Part shown: in pieces, positions 10,217-20,059 of the stretch
How the letters are laid out: each line of letters begins with the position of its first letter
How positions within the stretch are numbered: position 1 is the stretch's first letter
Source: a candidate division TA06 bacterium SM23_40
GTDB taxonomy: Bacteria > LJUI01 > SM1-40
Length of the DNA stretch: 64,000 bases
Assembly: GCA_001303705.1 (NCBI GenBank)
Contig: LJUI01000004.1
Location: forward strand, 14,495-78,494
Direction: 5' to 3'
The notes under the pieces: generated by a model
What the model was told of the DNA's origin: nothing
Database searches by the model: none
What the model saw: the letters and a program-made list of their open reading frames with translations, nothing else
Position numbers and translations under genes: made by a program

Positions 10217-12079
10217 GTGACTCGACCCACAACACCATCGAGTTCATCCGCCTCTTCGGGCGGCTCGCGTGAGCAAGCGAGAGAGAGACTGGCGGCCTTC
10301 TCCGAGTTCGCGGGTACAGGGCTTGACTCTGTCGTGAGCGACCTCGCCCGACTGGAGAAGACGTGGAACAGGATCCGGTCACGACTCGTCGCCGGGGAGC
10401 GCGACTCGGCGAGCGCGGAGCTCGAGAGCGCGATCGAGCGGCTCGCGAACCGGGCTGTCCAGATGCGGCGGGAGTTCGATGTGGTGAGCGCCGGTCTGTC
10501 GTTGGCGGTGGACGACCTGACCGACGAGGCAAGGCAGAGCGAGCGGATGCGCCAGCGCCTGGAGACGCTGCATCGGGTCGGCAAACTCGTCCATTCGGAG
10601 ACAGATCTTGATCGGCTCATCGACCTGGCAATCGATGCGGTCCTTGAGGTGACGGGAGCAGAGCGAGGGTTTCTCGTCCTGGTGGAGAACGATCGCCTTG
10701 TCACGAAGGCAGTGCGCAACATCCAGACCGAGGCGCGGGGAGGCGAGGATACAGCTCTCAGTCAGACCGTGGTGCAGAGTGTTGTGGACGGCCGCGCTCC
10801 CCTGTTGATCCGCGATGCGGCAGAGGATGAACGGTTCAGGAAGATCGGCAGTGTTATCGACCTCCGCCTCCGTTCTGTGCTGTGCGTTCCTCTGCTGCTC
10901 GATGATGAGGTCACGGGCGCGATCTATATCGATAACCGGACCGCAGGCGGCATCTTCTCCGCAGATGACCTCGATCTCATGAAGAGGTTTGCTGAGTTCA
11001 TCGCCATCGCGATCCGGAATGCCTCGATGGTGCAGGGTCTCGAGCGCTCGCAGGAGGCGCTTCTGCGTGAGTTGCGAGCGACCCATCGATTCGAAGATGT
11101 GATCGGCACAAGCCGGGGCATAATCGAGGTCCTCGATCTCGTGAGCAAGGTGGCAGACAGCGATGTTTCGATCCTCCTCCTGGGTGAGAGCGGGACCGGC
11201 AAAGAGCTGATCGCCAGGGCGGTCCATGCGAACAGTGGGCGCAGCAGCCTGCCGTTTGTCTGCATCAACTGCGCGGCCATCCCCGAGCACCTTCTCGAGG
11301 CCGAGCTCTTCGGCCACGAAAGGGGGGCGTTCACGGGAGCTGTCAGGTCCCGGCGGGGCAAGTTCGAGACAGCCGATCGCGGAACGATCTTCCTCGATGA
11401 GATTGCGGATATGAGCCCTTCACTACAGGCGAAGTTGCTGCGTGTTCTCCAGGATGGCCGATTCGAGCCCCTGGGCAGCAATGAAGTTCGTGAGGTAGAC
11501 GTGAGGGTGATCGCGGCCACTAACCGGGATCTCGAACGTCTCGTCGCCGAGGGAACATTCCGGGAGGATCTGTACTACCGGCTCAACGTGGTCGAGGTAA
11601 GGCTGCCTCCGCTCCGCGAACGCAAGGAGGATGTTCCACTCCTGGTCGATCATCTATTGCACCAATTGAGAGCCAAAACAGGCAAATCTATAGAGTCTGT
11701 CGATGATGCAGCGCTCCGCGCACTTGTGGCCTACGACTATCCCGGCAACGTGCGCGAACTGGAGAACATCGTCAAGCGTGCCGCGGTACTGGCAAAGGGT
11801 CCGACGATCATTGTTGCAGATCTGCCCGAGAAGATGCGGAGCTCCGCCGGGGCGGGACCGGGCGCGCCTCCCGCCAACCGGAGTGAGCTGCGCCGGGCAA
11901 GGGAGGAGGCGCGGAAGGTTGCCGTCGCCGAGGTCGAACGGTCCTTCGCCATGGAGGCGATGCGGCGGAACAAGGGGAACGTGGCGCGGGCAGCGGCCGC
12001 GGTCGGGATGGATCGGAGACAGTTCTACCGTCTGCTGAATAAGCACGGCATCTCGAAGTCAATGTTCGGCGAGGGGTGA
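10217..12079 (+). CDS. Sigma54-dependent transcriptional activator (coiled-coil N-terminus, GAF domain, AAA+ sigma54-interaction domain, Fis-type HTH); no receiver domain. Probable start is GTG 10217 with RBS GGGAGG; the ORF track starts at 10118.
   Basis: GESGTGKELIARAVH Walker A. GAFTGA-like ERGAFTGA. FLDEIADM. C-terminal HTH NKGNVARAAAAVGMDRRQFYRLL. GAF-like region upstream. Confidence 0.85.
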   Translation: MTRPTTPSSSSASSGGSREQARERLAAFSEFAGTGLDSVVSDLARLEKTWNRIRSRLVAGERDSASAELESAIERLANRAVQMRREFDVVSAGLSLAVDDLTDEARQSERMRQRLETLHRVGKLVHSETDLDRLIDLAIDAVLEVTGAERGFLVLVENDRLVTKAVRNIQTEARGGEDTALSQTVVQSVVDGRAPLLIRDAAEDERFRKIGSVIDLRLRSVLCVPLLLDDEVTGAIYIDNRTAGGIFSADDLDLMKRFAEFIAIAIRNASMVQGLERSQEALLRELRATHRFEDVIGTSRGIIEVLDLVSKVADSDVSILLLGESGTGKELIARAVHANSGRSSLPFVCINCAAIPEHLLEAELFGHERGAFTGAVRSRRGKFETADRGTIFLDEIADMSPSLQAKLLRVLQDGRFEPLGSNEVREVDVRVIAATNRDLERLVAEGTFREDLYYRLNVVEVRLPPLRERKEDVPLLVDHLLHQLRAKTGKSIESVDDAALRALVAYDYPGNVRELENIVKRAAVLAKGPTIIVADLPEKMRSSAGAGPGAPPANRSELRRAREEARKVAVAEVERSFAMEAMRRNKGNVARAAAAVGMDRRQFYRLLNKHGISKSMFGEG

Positions 12080-12127
12080 CGAAGCCGGGATGCCGCGTTG
12101 GGTTCAGCACTCGTCGTGGGGTAGATC

Positions 12128-15100
12128 ATGCGTGAGGTGGCCGATAGTGAATGGCTGGGCGATCGGTATGAAGTCCTCGGGCGGATTGGTTCCGGCGGCA
12201 CGGGTGTGGTCTATCGGGCTCGGGACTGCCGGGAGGAGCGCGAGGTCGCCATCAAGGTCTTCTCCACCGCTTTGTCGCCCGCCAGAGCTACTGCGCTCCT
12301 GAGGGAAGAATTCGAGACGCTCTGTCGTCTTTCCCATCCGAACATCGTGCGGATGTTCGCTCTCGGCGAGGACAGGAGAGGTCCCTTCTTGGTGGTGGAG
12401 CTTGTCCCCGGAGATGATCTCTCGCAGCACATGAAGGCGGGGCTCAACTGGGCTTCCGCGCCGGAGAGGGTCGCGGAGATCGCCGGGCAGATCTGTGGGG
12501 CTCTGGACTACATACACTCCCGCGATGTCGCCCACCTTGACCTCAAACCCTCGAATGTCCTCCTCGATCGGTCTGGTACGGTGCGAGTCACTGACTTCGG
12601 GCTCGCAGTGAGAGTCAGCGAACTCGCCGGCGCAGGCCCCCGCGCGCAGGTATCAGGTACCCTTGAATATATAGCTCCGGAACAGCTCCTGGGCCGGCCG
12701 CCCGACTTCCGGAGCGATTTCTTCAGTCTCGGGCTTCTCCTGTACGAACTCGTGACAGGCCAGCTTCCCTTCGCTCCCGAGCCGGCCGGGGTGGTCATGG
12801 CCGAGAACCCCGGGGCACATCCGGCACGCCCTCATCGGCTCGTCTCCAACCTGCCTCCCGCGCTCGAAACAGTAATGCTCCGTCTGCTGAGACGGGAGCC
12901 GGAGGACCGTGTGCAGAGCGCGCTCGAGGTTCTCGACATACTCCGGAGGACAGCACCTATGAAGGCTCCGCCGGCCGGGGCGCCGGAGGCGCTGCAGGCG
13001 CGGGGGCTGGTTGCGGGAGCATTGGTCGGCCGGGAGGAGGAGGTACGGGTACTCGATCGATGTCTCGCCGATGCGGTGCGGGGAATGGGACAGGCAGTAC
13101 AGATCAGCGGCCTCCCCGGGGTCGGGAAGACGAGGCTTGTGAGGGAACTCGTTGGCCTTGCCGGAACAAGAGGGATGGGCAGGTTCGAGATCAGATGCCA
13201 TGAGGCGGGCTCTCCTCCCCTGGAGCCAGTCGCTGAACTCATCCGCCGGATGCTGGGCTGGCTTGAGCAGAGCTCCCGGGAGACTGTCTCCCGTCATCTC
13301 GGTGAACAGAAGGGATTATTGCTCTCTCTCGTTCCGGAATTCATCGATCGCGAGTACATGGCAGGCGAATCTGTCGCCGGGCGTCTGGCAGGCGCAGCGG
13401 AGCAGCAGGCACTGTTCGACGCAGTGATCGGATTCCTCGTCAGCACTTCTCAGGAGTGCCCTCTGCTCTTGGTCTTTGAAGACCTCCGGTGGGCGGATTC
13501 TGCCACGCGCCAGTTCCTGCGGCGTCTCGCTGATGCGATCTCCGACGCACATATCCTGGCTGTGGTGACTATCCGTTCGGGCGAGACTCCGGAGGCCGGC
13601 GAGGGACGGTTGCCCCCATCGATACTCCATCTGGAGCTGACTCCTCTCGCCCCGGAACAGTCGAAGGCGCTGGTGGGATCGCTCCTTGCGTCCGGTCAGG
13701 TCCCCCGAGTGCTTGGTGAATGGATTGATGAGAAGGAGCCGGGGAATCCTCTCTATCTCCAGGAGGTGGTGCGCTCCCTGGCCGAGGAGGGACGGCTCCA
13801 GCGTCGGCGGTCTCGATGGCTGTACGTCGGAGAACCGGCACATCTAGATGCGGTGCCTGATGGAGCGGCCGAGGTTATCGGACTCCGCTCGCTCCGTCTG
13901 AGAAGAGAGGCGAGGGAAGTGCTTGACTGGGCGGCAGTGGCGGGGGAGGAGTTCAGGCGCGAAATTATCGAAGGGGTCTGTTCGGGAGGCCGGGCCGGCC
14001 TCTCGGAGGCGCTCGAGGAGCTTGAGGATCGTCAATTGATTCAGGAGGAGTACGGATCCGGCGGGCGGCGGTACCTCTTTTCGCACAGCCTGGTGCGCGA
14101 AGTCACCTATGATCAGATCCCGGTGAGGCGGAGGCGTCGCCTCCACGTGGCGATGGGCGACGCGCTCGAGCGCCAGGCAGGCGGTGAGGTCGAGCCGGAG
14201 GCAGATAGACTGGCCTATCACTTCTACCTCGGCCAGAACTGGCACAAGGCTGCCACCTATGCCGAGGCCGCGGCCGCGCGTGCAACCTCTCTCTACTGTC
14301 TCGATGACGGCCTGCGATATCTCGACTGGTCTCTCGATGCCCTCGGCCGCCTGGGCGAGACGGACGAGACATTGGAAGGAAAAGCTCGAAACTGGCGGTT
14401 GAAGGGCGAACTGCTGCGGCGCTCAGGCGATTTCAGGGCGGCTGCCGGGGCACACGAGGAAGGCCTCAACTGGGCGCGCAGGGCTGAATCGGACGAGGAG
14501 ATCACCCGGAACCTTAACAATTTCGGCCTGTGCCAGTGGCACCTCGGTGCGTTCTCTGATGCCCTTGCTGCGTTTACGGAAGCGACTGTCGTTGCCGAGC
14601 GGCTCGGCGAACGAGAGTTGCAGGGGCAGTTGCTGAACAGCATCGGGCTCGTCCATTGGTCCCTCTCGGAGTTCGAGCAGGCGCTCGCGCACTTCCAGCG
14701 GGCGCTCGATCTCGCGCTCGCGATACAGGATTCAAGGGGCCAGGGGATCCTGTTGGCGAATATGGGCCTTGTTTGTGCAGCCCTCGGTCGATACGAGGAG
14801 GCCATCGACCTCACGCTCAAGGGGCTTGAGATATGGAAGGCGAGGGGCGACCGTCAGGAAGAGGCGATCGCGCTCGGGAATCTTGCGACGTTTTATGTGC
14901 GGCTCGCCCGATATGATGAGGCGAGAGAGGCGACACTCTCGGCACTCGAGACCAGGAGGGAGATCGGCGATCGGTGGGGCGAGGCAGTGAGCATAGCGAA
15001 CCTGGGACAGATTCTATATCATCTCGGCCGCCCCGAGGAGGCGGCGAGCCATCTGAGGAGGGCGGTCGCAGGCCTGCGCGATCTGGGCGATAAGAGGAGC

Positions 15101-15730
15101 GAGGCCGGCAATCTCATCAATCTTGCGAACGCCCTGATTGAGATGGGTGAGAGAGCGAAGGCGAAAGAGTGCGTTGACCAGGCCATGGCAGCTGCCGCCC
15201 AACTCGAGGACCGGTCGGCTCAGGCATTTGCGCACGCTACCGCGGGCCGATGGCACCGGCTCGCGGGGGAGATCGATAAGGCGGTCGCGGAACACCGCGC
15301 TCTCCTCGGGCTGGCGGGCGAGATCGGCGAGCCGTCGATCGAGGTCGAGGGCCGGCTGGAGCTGGCGAAGGATTTCGCTGCTCAGGGCGATCTCGAGGCG
15401 TCGAGGAAGGAGGCGGAGGCGGCCGCCCGCGCGGCGCGCTCCATGGGGATGGCTCATGAGCTGTGGCAGGCCCTGGCGCTGTTGGCGCGGGTGAGGCGGG
15501 AGACGCGTGAGGAGGTAGAGGCGGTTGACGTCTTTCTGGATGCGCTGATGGTGCTCGATCGAATCCTGGGCGGCCTGCACGAGGCGCGGGATCGGGCGAG
15601 CTACGCCGGATGGACCGGCGTCCGGGGGGTGCTCGACGAGGCAAAGGAGATCGGGACCACGGTCCGCTCCTCGCGCGCTCGGGAGCTCGTGCATGCTGCA
15701 GAGCGCCTGCTCTCGGTGATCCAGGCATGA
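12128..15730 (+). CDS. Multidomain Ser/Thr protein kinase fused to a STAND/AAA ATPase and TPR repeats (PknK-like architecture)
   Basis: Kinase motifs LGRIGSGGTGVVYRARD, AIK, HLDLKPSNVLL, DFGLA, APE. P-loop ISGLPGVGKTRLVREL. Multiple TPR-like repeats with NLG/NIG...A...A periodicity in the C-terminal half. Confidence 0.8.
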   Translation: MREVADSEWLGDRYEVLGRIGSGGTGVVYRARDCREEREVAIKVFSTALSPARATALLREEFETLCRLSHPNIVRMFALGEDRRGPFLVVELVPGDDLSQHMKAGLNWASAPERVAEIAGQICGALDYIHSRDVAHLDLKPSNVLLDRSGTVRVTDFGLAVRVSELAGAGPRAQVSGTLEYIAPEQLLGRPPDFRSDFFSLGLLLYELVTGQLPFAPEPAGVVMAENPGAHPARPHRLVSNLPPALETVMLRLLRREPEDRVQSALEVLDILRRTAPMKAPPAGAPEALQARGLVAGALVGREEEVRVLDRCLADAVRGMGQAVQISGLPGVGKTRLVRELVGLAGTRGMGRFEIRCHEAGSPPLEPVAELIRRMLGWLEQSSRETVSRHLGEQKGLLLSLVPEFIDREYMAGESVAGRLAGAAEQQALFDAVIGFLVSTSQECPLLLVFEDLRWADSATRQFLRRLADAISDAHILAVVTIRSGETPEAGEGRLPPSILHLELTPLAPEQSKALVGSLLASGQVPRVLGEWIDEKEPGNPLYLQEVVRSLAEEGRLQRRRSRWLYVGEPAHLDAVPDGAAEVIGLRSLRLRREAREVLDWAAVAGEEFRREIIEGVCSGGRAGLSEALEELEDRQLIQEEYGSGGRRYLFSHSLVREVTYDQIPVRRRRRLHVAMGDALERQAGGEVEPEADRLAYHFYLGQNWHKAATYAEAAAARATSLYCLDDGLRYLDWSLDALGRLGETDETLEGKARNWRLKGELLRRSGDFRAAAGAHEEGLNWARRAESDEEITRNLNNFGLCQWHLGAFSDALAAFTEATVVAERLGERELQGQLLNSIGLVHWSLSEFEQALAHFQRALDLALAIQDSRGQGILLANMGLVCAALGRYEEAIDLTLKGLEIWKARGDRQEEAIALGNLATFYVRLARYDEAREATLSALETRREIGDRWGEAVSIANLGQILYHLGRPEEAASHLRRAVAGLRDLGDKRSEAGNLINLANALIEMGERAKAKECVDQAMAAAAQLEDRSAQAFAHATAGRWHRLAGEIDKAVAEHRALLGLAGEIGEPSIEVEGRLELAKDFAAQGDLEASRKEAEAAARAARSMGMAHELWQALALLARVRRETREEVEAVDVFLDALMVLDRILGGLHEARDRASYAGWTGVRGVLDEAKEIGTTVRSSRARELVHAAERLLSVIQA

Positions 15731-15817
15731 GGCCGCCTCATCACGAGTTATCGTTCTGATAGTACAACATGATGTGATGAAACGGGCAGAAGGAGCGGCG
15801 TAAAGGGAGGGTTTTGC

Positions 15818-15846
15818 TTGACTTTTCCGGGCACCTGTAATAGGTT
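15818..15846 (+). promoter_or_regulatory. Promoter-like motif TTGACT-N17-TAGGTT (copy 1) ~110 nt upstream of the first gene of the glycosylation cluster
   Basis: Exact hexamers and spacing read from the sequence, followed by GCAAGGG. The same architecture recurs at 21227-21255. Confidence 0.35.
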
Positions 15847-15954
15847 TTGCAAGGGAACGCCTCAAGAGTTCCGGGAGCCCCGTGGGCTTCCTTTTCACTA
15901 TCTGCTGTGGCAGATCTTGTGTTGAGTCGAGGCGGGAGTAACGAGGAGGCGTCT

Positions 15955-16908
15955 ATGCGAGTCCTGGTCACGGGAATCACCGGTTTTGCCGGCAGCCACC
16001 TGGTGGATTATCTATTGACTCTGCCCGATGTACAGGTCTTCGGGATCAAGCGCTGGCGCAGTCGCACAGAAAATATCAAGCACTTCGAGCAGAAAATCGC
16101 AATCTACGAATGTGATCTGAGGGATGCATCTTCGGTGCGCGATATGATCGAGGTGGTGCTGCCGGATCGCATCTTCCATCTCGCGGCACAGAGCTTCGTG
16201 CCGACCTCGTGGAGCGCTCCCACAGAGTCGCTTGTGACCAACGTGATCGGCCAGCTCAACATTTTCGAGGCTGTGCGCCGCATCGGACTGGAGCCCCGCA
16301 TCCAGCTAGCGTGTTCCAGCGAGGAGTATGGGCTTGTCAGTGAGGATGAGATACCTATCAAGGAGACGAACGCGCTGCGTCCCCTCAGCCCCTACGGGGT
16401 AAGCAAGATCGGCCAGGACATGCTGGGGTACCAGTATGCGAGGAGCTACGGGATGTTCATCGTGAGGACGAGAGGGTTCAATCATACTGGGTGTCGGCGT
16501 GGTCCTGTCTTTGTCTGCTCGGATTTCGCCAAACAGGTCGCTGAGATCGAGAAAGGCAGACGGGATCCCGTGATATGGGTCGGGAATCTCGATGCGATCC
16601 GTGACTTTACGGATGTCCGGGACATAGTGCGGGGCTACTGGCTCGCACTCGAGCATTGCGATCCTGGAGATGTGTACAACATCTGTTCCGGTGTGGGACG
16701 CAAGATCCGCGATGTGCTCGACATGCTGATCGGGATGACGTCGAAGTCAGTGGAAGTGAAGGTTGACGAGTGCAGGCTTCGGCCCTCAGATGTGCCCGTT
16801 CTGATCGGAGATAACACCAAATTCAGAGAGAAGACTGGCTGGGAGTTGACGATACCGTTCGAGATCACGCTGAAGGAGATTTACGAGTACTGGCTCGAGC
16901 GTGTGTGA
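15955..16908 (+). CDS. NAD-dependent sugar epimerase/dehydratase, SDR family (GDP-/UDP-sugar 4,6-dehydratase or 4-reductase-like). Start ATG 15955 with RBS AGGAGG.
   Basis: Rossmann motif VLVTGITGFAGSHLVDYL. Catalytic YxxxK PYGVSKIGQD. Confidence 0.8.
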   Translation: MRVLVTGITGFAGSHLVDYLLTLPDVQVFGIKRWRSRTENIKHFEQKIAIYECDLRDASSVRDMIEVVLPDRIFHLAAQSFVPTSWSAPTESLVTNVIGQLNIFEAVRRIGLEPRIQLACSSEEYGLVSEDEIPIKETNALRPLSPYGVSKIGQDMLGYQYARSYGMFIVRTRGFNHTGCRRGPVFVCSDFAKQVAEIEKGRRDPVIWVGNLDAIRDFTDVRDIVRGYWLALEHCDPGDVYNICSGVGRKIRDVLDMLIGMTSKSVEVKVDECRLRPSDVPVLIGDNTKFREKTGWELTIPFEITLKEIYEYWLERV

Positions 16909-16966
16909 TGAAAGACCGCGCCGTCTGGACGCTGTGATGACGTGGGGCGGCTGCCGAGCGAGGACA

Positions 16967-17926
16967 ATGGTTCAAGTACTGGTCACAGGAGCCGAGGGAT
17001 TCGTCGGCGGACATCTTGTACCTCTGCTGCTAGCGCGTGAGAGGCGAGTGAGCGGCACCGCGCTGGACGAGAGGGATGTGGAGAGGATCGAGCGTTTCGA
17101 TGGGGCTCGGGGCGTGGCCTGCGATATCACCGAGAGGGAGGGGATCGCCGGCCTCGTAGAGCGCCTCCTTCCCCGGGAGATCTACCATCTGGCGGCGCAG
17201 AGTTCGTCGGCGTTCTCTTTCTCCGACCCGTATGGCACGATTGCGGACAATGTGATCGGATGTCTGAACGTGCTCGATGCCGCCAGGCAGGCTGCCCAGA
17301 CTGCGCGCGTCCTTATCGTCAGTACGGGAGAGATCTACGGCGTCGGGTCAGAGAACCCGCTTACTGAAGAGGCGCCTGTCGGCCCGATGACTCCTTACGC
17401 GGCGTCGAAGGTGTCGATGGAGCTCGTTGCTCGTCAGTACTGGAAAAGCCTGGGGCTTCCGGTGGTGATCGTCCGCCCCTTTAACCATACAGGGCCTGGT
17501 CAAAGTCCTCGGTTCGCCCTCTCGAGCTTTGCCAAACAGGTCGCCGAGGCGGAACTAGGGCTGAGCTCACCACTGATAGAGGTAGGGAATCTGGACGTAC
17601 GTCGTGACTTCCTCGATGTGAGAGATGTCGTGCGGGGTTACTTGCTCGCTCTCACCGAGGGTGCTCCTGGCGAGATCTACAACATCTCCTCTGGCATTGC
17701 GTCATCGCTTCGCGATGTTCTCGATCTGCTCCTGGAATCGGCGAATGTCTCGATCAAGGTCGAGATCGGCAACGATCGTCTGAGAAAGGTCGACATACCC
17801 GTGCTGTGCGGCGACAGCTCGAAATTCAGAGCTCGCACGGGTTGGAGTCCTCGCTACGAACTCAGGCAGACGCTGCACGATCTTCTGGACTACTGGCGTC
17901 ATGAGCTTCAAGATTCTGGTCGTTAA
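16967..17926 (+). CDS. Second NAD-dependent sugar epimerase/dehydratase, SDR family (Rmd/GDP-4-keto-6-deoxyhexose reductase-like)
   Basis: VLVTGAEGFVGGHLVPLL. YxxxK PYAASKVSMEL. Paralogous to the preceding gene. Confidence 0.8.
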   Translation: MVQVLVTGAEGFVGGHLVPLLLARERRVSGTALDERDVERIERFDGARGVACDITEREGIAGLVERLLPREIYHLAAQSSSAFSFSDPYGTIADNVIGCLNVLDAARQAAQTARVLIVSTGEIYGVGSENPLTEEAPVGPMTPYAASKVSMELVARQYWKSLGLPVVIVRPFNHTGPGQSPRFALSSFAKQVAEAELGLSSPLIEVGNLDVRRDFLDVRDVVRGYLLALTEGAPGEIYNISSGIASSLRDVLDLLLESANVSIKVEIGNDRLRKVDIPVLCGDSSKFRARTGWSPRYELRQTLHDLLDYWRHELQDSGR

Positions 17927-19064
17927 CTGGCAGGACAGAACGAACCCGCTGGCAGGTGGGGCGGAAATACATCTGCACGAGATCTTCGGGCGCCTGGCGA
18001 TGCAGGGTGATGAGGTCTGGCTTCTCTGTTCCTCCTATCCCGGCGCAGCTCCGGTCGAGTATGTCGACGGTATTCGTGTGGTGAGAAGGGGAGGACGGTT
18101 CACGTTCAATATCAGCGCCTTTCTCGCATATTATCGGGAGTTGGCGCACGAACAATTCGACGTTGTCGTCGAAGATATGAACAAGATTCCGTTCTACACT
18201 CCTCTCTATGTGCATGGTCCGGTCCTCGCGATGGTACCGCATCTATTCGGAACGACAGTCTTCCAGGAGGCGATCGTTCCTCTGGCGGTCTATGTCTATC
18301 TCTGGGAGCTGCCGATTCCGCTGATCTATCGCCGCGTGAGGTTTGAGGTCATTTCCGAGAGCACCAAGGAGGATCTCGTTGCCCGCGGGATTCGGTCCGA
18401 TCTGATCCATGTCGTTCACTGCGGGATCGATCGCATGGTTTATCATCCCGGGGGTTCAAGAGACGAAGATCCGCTTATCGTCTATCTGGGCAGGTTCAAG
18501 AAGTACAAGCGCGTAGACCTCCTGCTCAGCGCCATGGTGAAGGTGAAGGAGCGAGTGCCACGCGTGAAGCTTCTCCTGGTCGGCGGTGGAGACCATCTGG
18601 GTGCGCTGAGGGAGCTTGTGGAGCGGCTCGGACTCTCTGACACTGCGTCGTTCACCGGGCACGTGGACGAACAGGAAAAGGTGGGCCATCTCCGTCGCGC
18701 ACACCTCGTGGTCAACACCTCTCCGAAGGAGGGCTGGGGGCTTACCGGCGTCGAGGCGAATGCCTGCGGTACACCTGTGGTTGCATCCGACTCGCCCGGT
18801 CTGCGCGACTCGATCGCCGATGGCAAGAGCGGCCTCCTCGTGCCTCACGGCGACGTGGGTGCGCTCGTCGAGGCCATAGTCCGCATGCTCACAGATGAAG
18901 AACTCAACTGGAGACTGTCGCGGGGAGCGGTCGATTGGGCAGCCAGGTTCAGCTGGGATGCTGCAGCGGAGAGGACCAGACAGCTAATCGAAGAGGTCGT
19001 AGGTAGCGAGAGAGGTTCGGGTCCTCGGGGCCCGGCCGGCAAAACGCCAGGAGCGAGTGTGTGA
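17901..19064 (+). CDS. Glycosyltransferase family 4 (GT-B, retaining)
   Basis: GT4 fold signatures. C-terminal EGWGLTGVEANACGTPVVASDSPGLRD (E-x7-E-like motif). Confidence 0.8.
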   Translation: MSFKILVVNWQDRTNPLAGGAEIHLHEIFGRLAMQGDEVWLLCSSYPGAAPVEYVDGIRVVRRGGRFTFNISAFLAYYRELAHEQFDVVVEDMNKIPFYTPLYVHGPVLAMVPHLFGTTVFQEAIVPLAVYVYLWELPIPLIYRRVRFEVISESTKEDLVARGIRSDLIHVVHCGIDRMVYHPGGSRDEDPLIVYLGRFKKYKRVDLLLSAMVKVKERVPRVKLLLVGGGDHLGALRELVERLGLSDTASFTGHVDEQEKVGHLRRAHLVVNTSPKEGWGLTGVEANACGTPVVASDSPGLRDSIADGKSGLLVPHGDVGALVEAIVRMLTDEELNWRLSRGAVDWAARFSWDAAAERTRQLIEEVVGSERGSGPRGPAGKTPGASV

Positions 19065-20038
19065 GAAAATGGCTCTGGCTCTTCGTCAGGCTCATCGTCA
19101 GTGCGGGTCTGCTCGCCTTTCTGCTGAGCCGTATTGATCTCGCTCGGCTCGTCGAGCTCGTGCGCGGGGCCGATGTCCGCTTTCTTGCCTTACCGTTTAT
19201 ATCGCTCGTTGGGTTCATCATCATCGCTGCTTTTCGCTGGCGGATACTCCTCCGCTCCCTGGAGAAGCGTGTCGTGATGAGGCGGCTCGTCGCGTACTAT
19301 TTTGTCGGCCTCTTCTTCAACAATTTCTTCCCCACCACAGTGGGAGGAGACGCACTGCGGGGGTACTATCTCTCTCGCGAGGGTTCGGCCAAATCCGAGG
19401 CGTTCGCGTCAGTCTTTGTGGAGCGGCTTTCCGGCATTGCCGCGCTGCTGATTCTTGCTCTGGTCGCCTCGGCTCTGATCTATGCGAGCATGGGAGATAG
19501 AACGATCATCCTCTGGGTTTCCCTGGGGTTCGCCATCGCTGGAACGCTGACGCTCCTTCTCTTCAGCGTGTCTGTGGGGGCGGCTATTGAGCGCGGTCTA
19601 GCCCGGGTCACTATTTTCGGATCGGGAGCCAAGCTGACGAGGTTTCTCCGGGCATTGCGGTTCTATCGCGGCCAGAAGAGGGCGGTCGTTGCTGCAGTCG
19701 TCATCTCCTGCATCATTCAGTCGATCCACATCTACGCCAACTATCTCGTGGGGAGGGCCCTGGGTCTGGAGGTCCCACCACAGTACTACTTCCTATTCGT
19801 GCCCATCATCACCGTAGCGGCCATGTTGCCGCTAACGATAAATGGGGTGGGTATCAGAGAAAACGCGTTTGTCTTGCTCTTCGGCCGCGTCGGGATGGGG
19901 GCGGCCGAGGCGACGTCAGTGTCGTTGCTCATATTCGGAACGTGGGTCGTCGTGAGCCTCATTGGCGGCGTGATCTTCCTTTTCGGCCCAGCGACCTGGA
20001 GGGTTGCTCCCGAACCCGGGACACCCCAGCGGCCGTAG
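19061..20038 (+). CDS. Flippase-like polytopic membrane protein of the lysyl-PG-synthase-TM / UPF0104 family (paralog 1). GTGA overlap with the upstream GT4.
   Basis: About 8 predicted TM helices. Motif FFNNFFPTTVGGDALRGYYL typical of the LPG_synthase_TM (MprF flippase domain-like) family. Confidence 0.6.
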   Translation: MRKWLWLFVRLIVSAGLLAFLLSRIDLARLVELVRGADVRFLALPFISLVGFIIIAAFRWRILLRSLEKRVVMRRLVAYYFVGLFFNNFFPTTVGGDALRGYYLSREGSAKSEAFASVFVERLSGIAALLILALVASALIYASMGDRTIILWVSLGFAIAGTLTLLLFSVSVGAAIERGLARVTIFGSGAKLTRFLRALRFYRGQKRAVVAAVVISCIIQSIHIYANYLVGRALGLEVPPQYYFLFVPIITVAAMLPLTINGVGIRENAFVLLFGRVGMGAAEATSVSLLIFGTWVVVSLIGGVIFLFGPATWRVAPEPGTPQRP

Positions 20039-20059
20039 GAGCGATCGGAGAGGGCAGTC

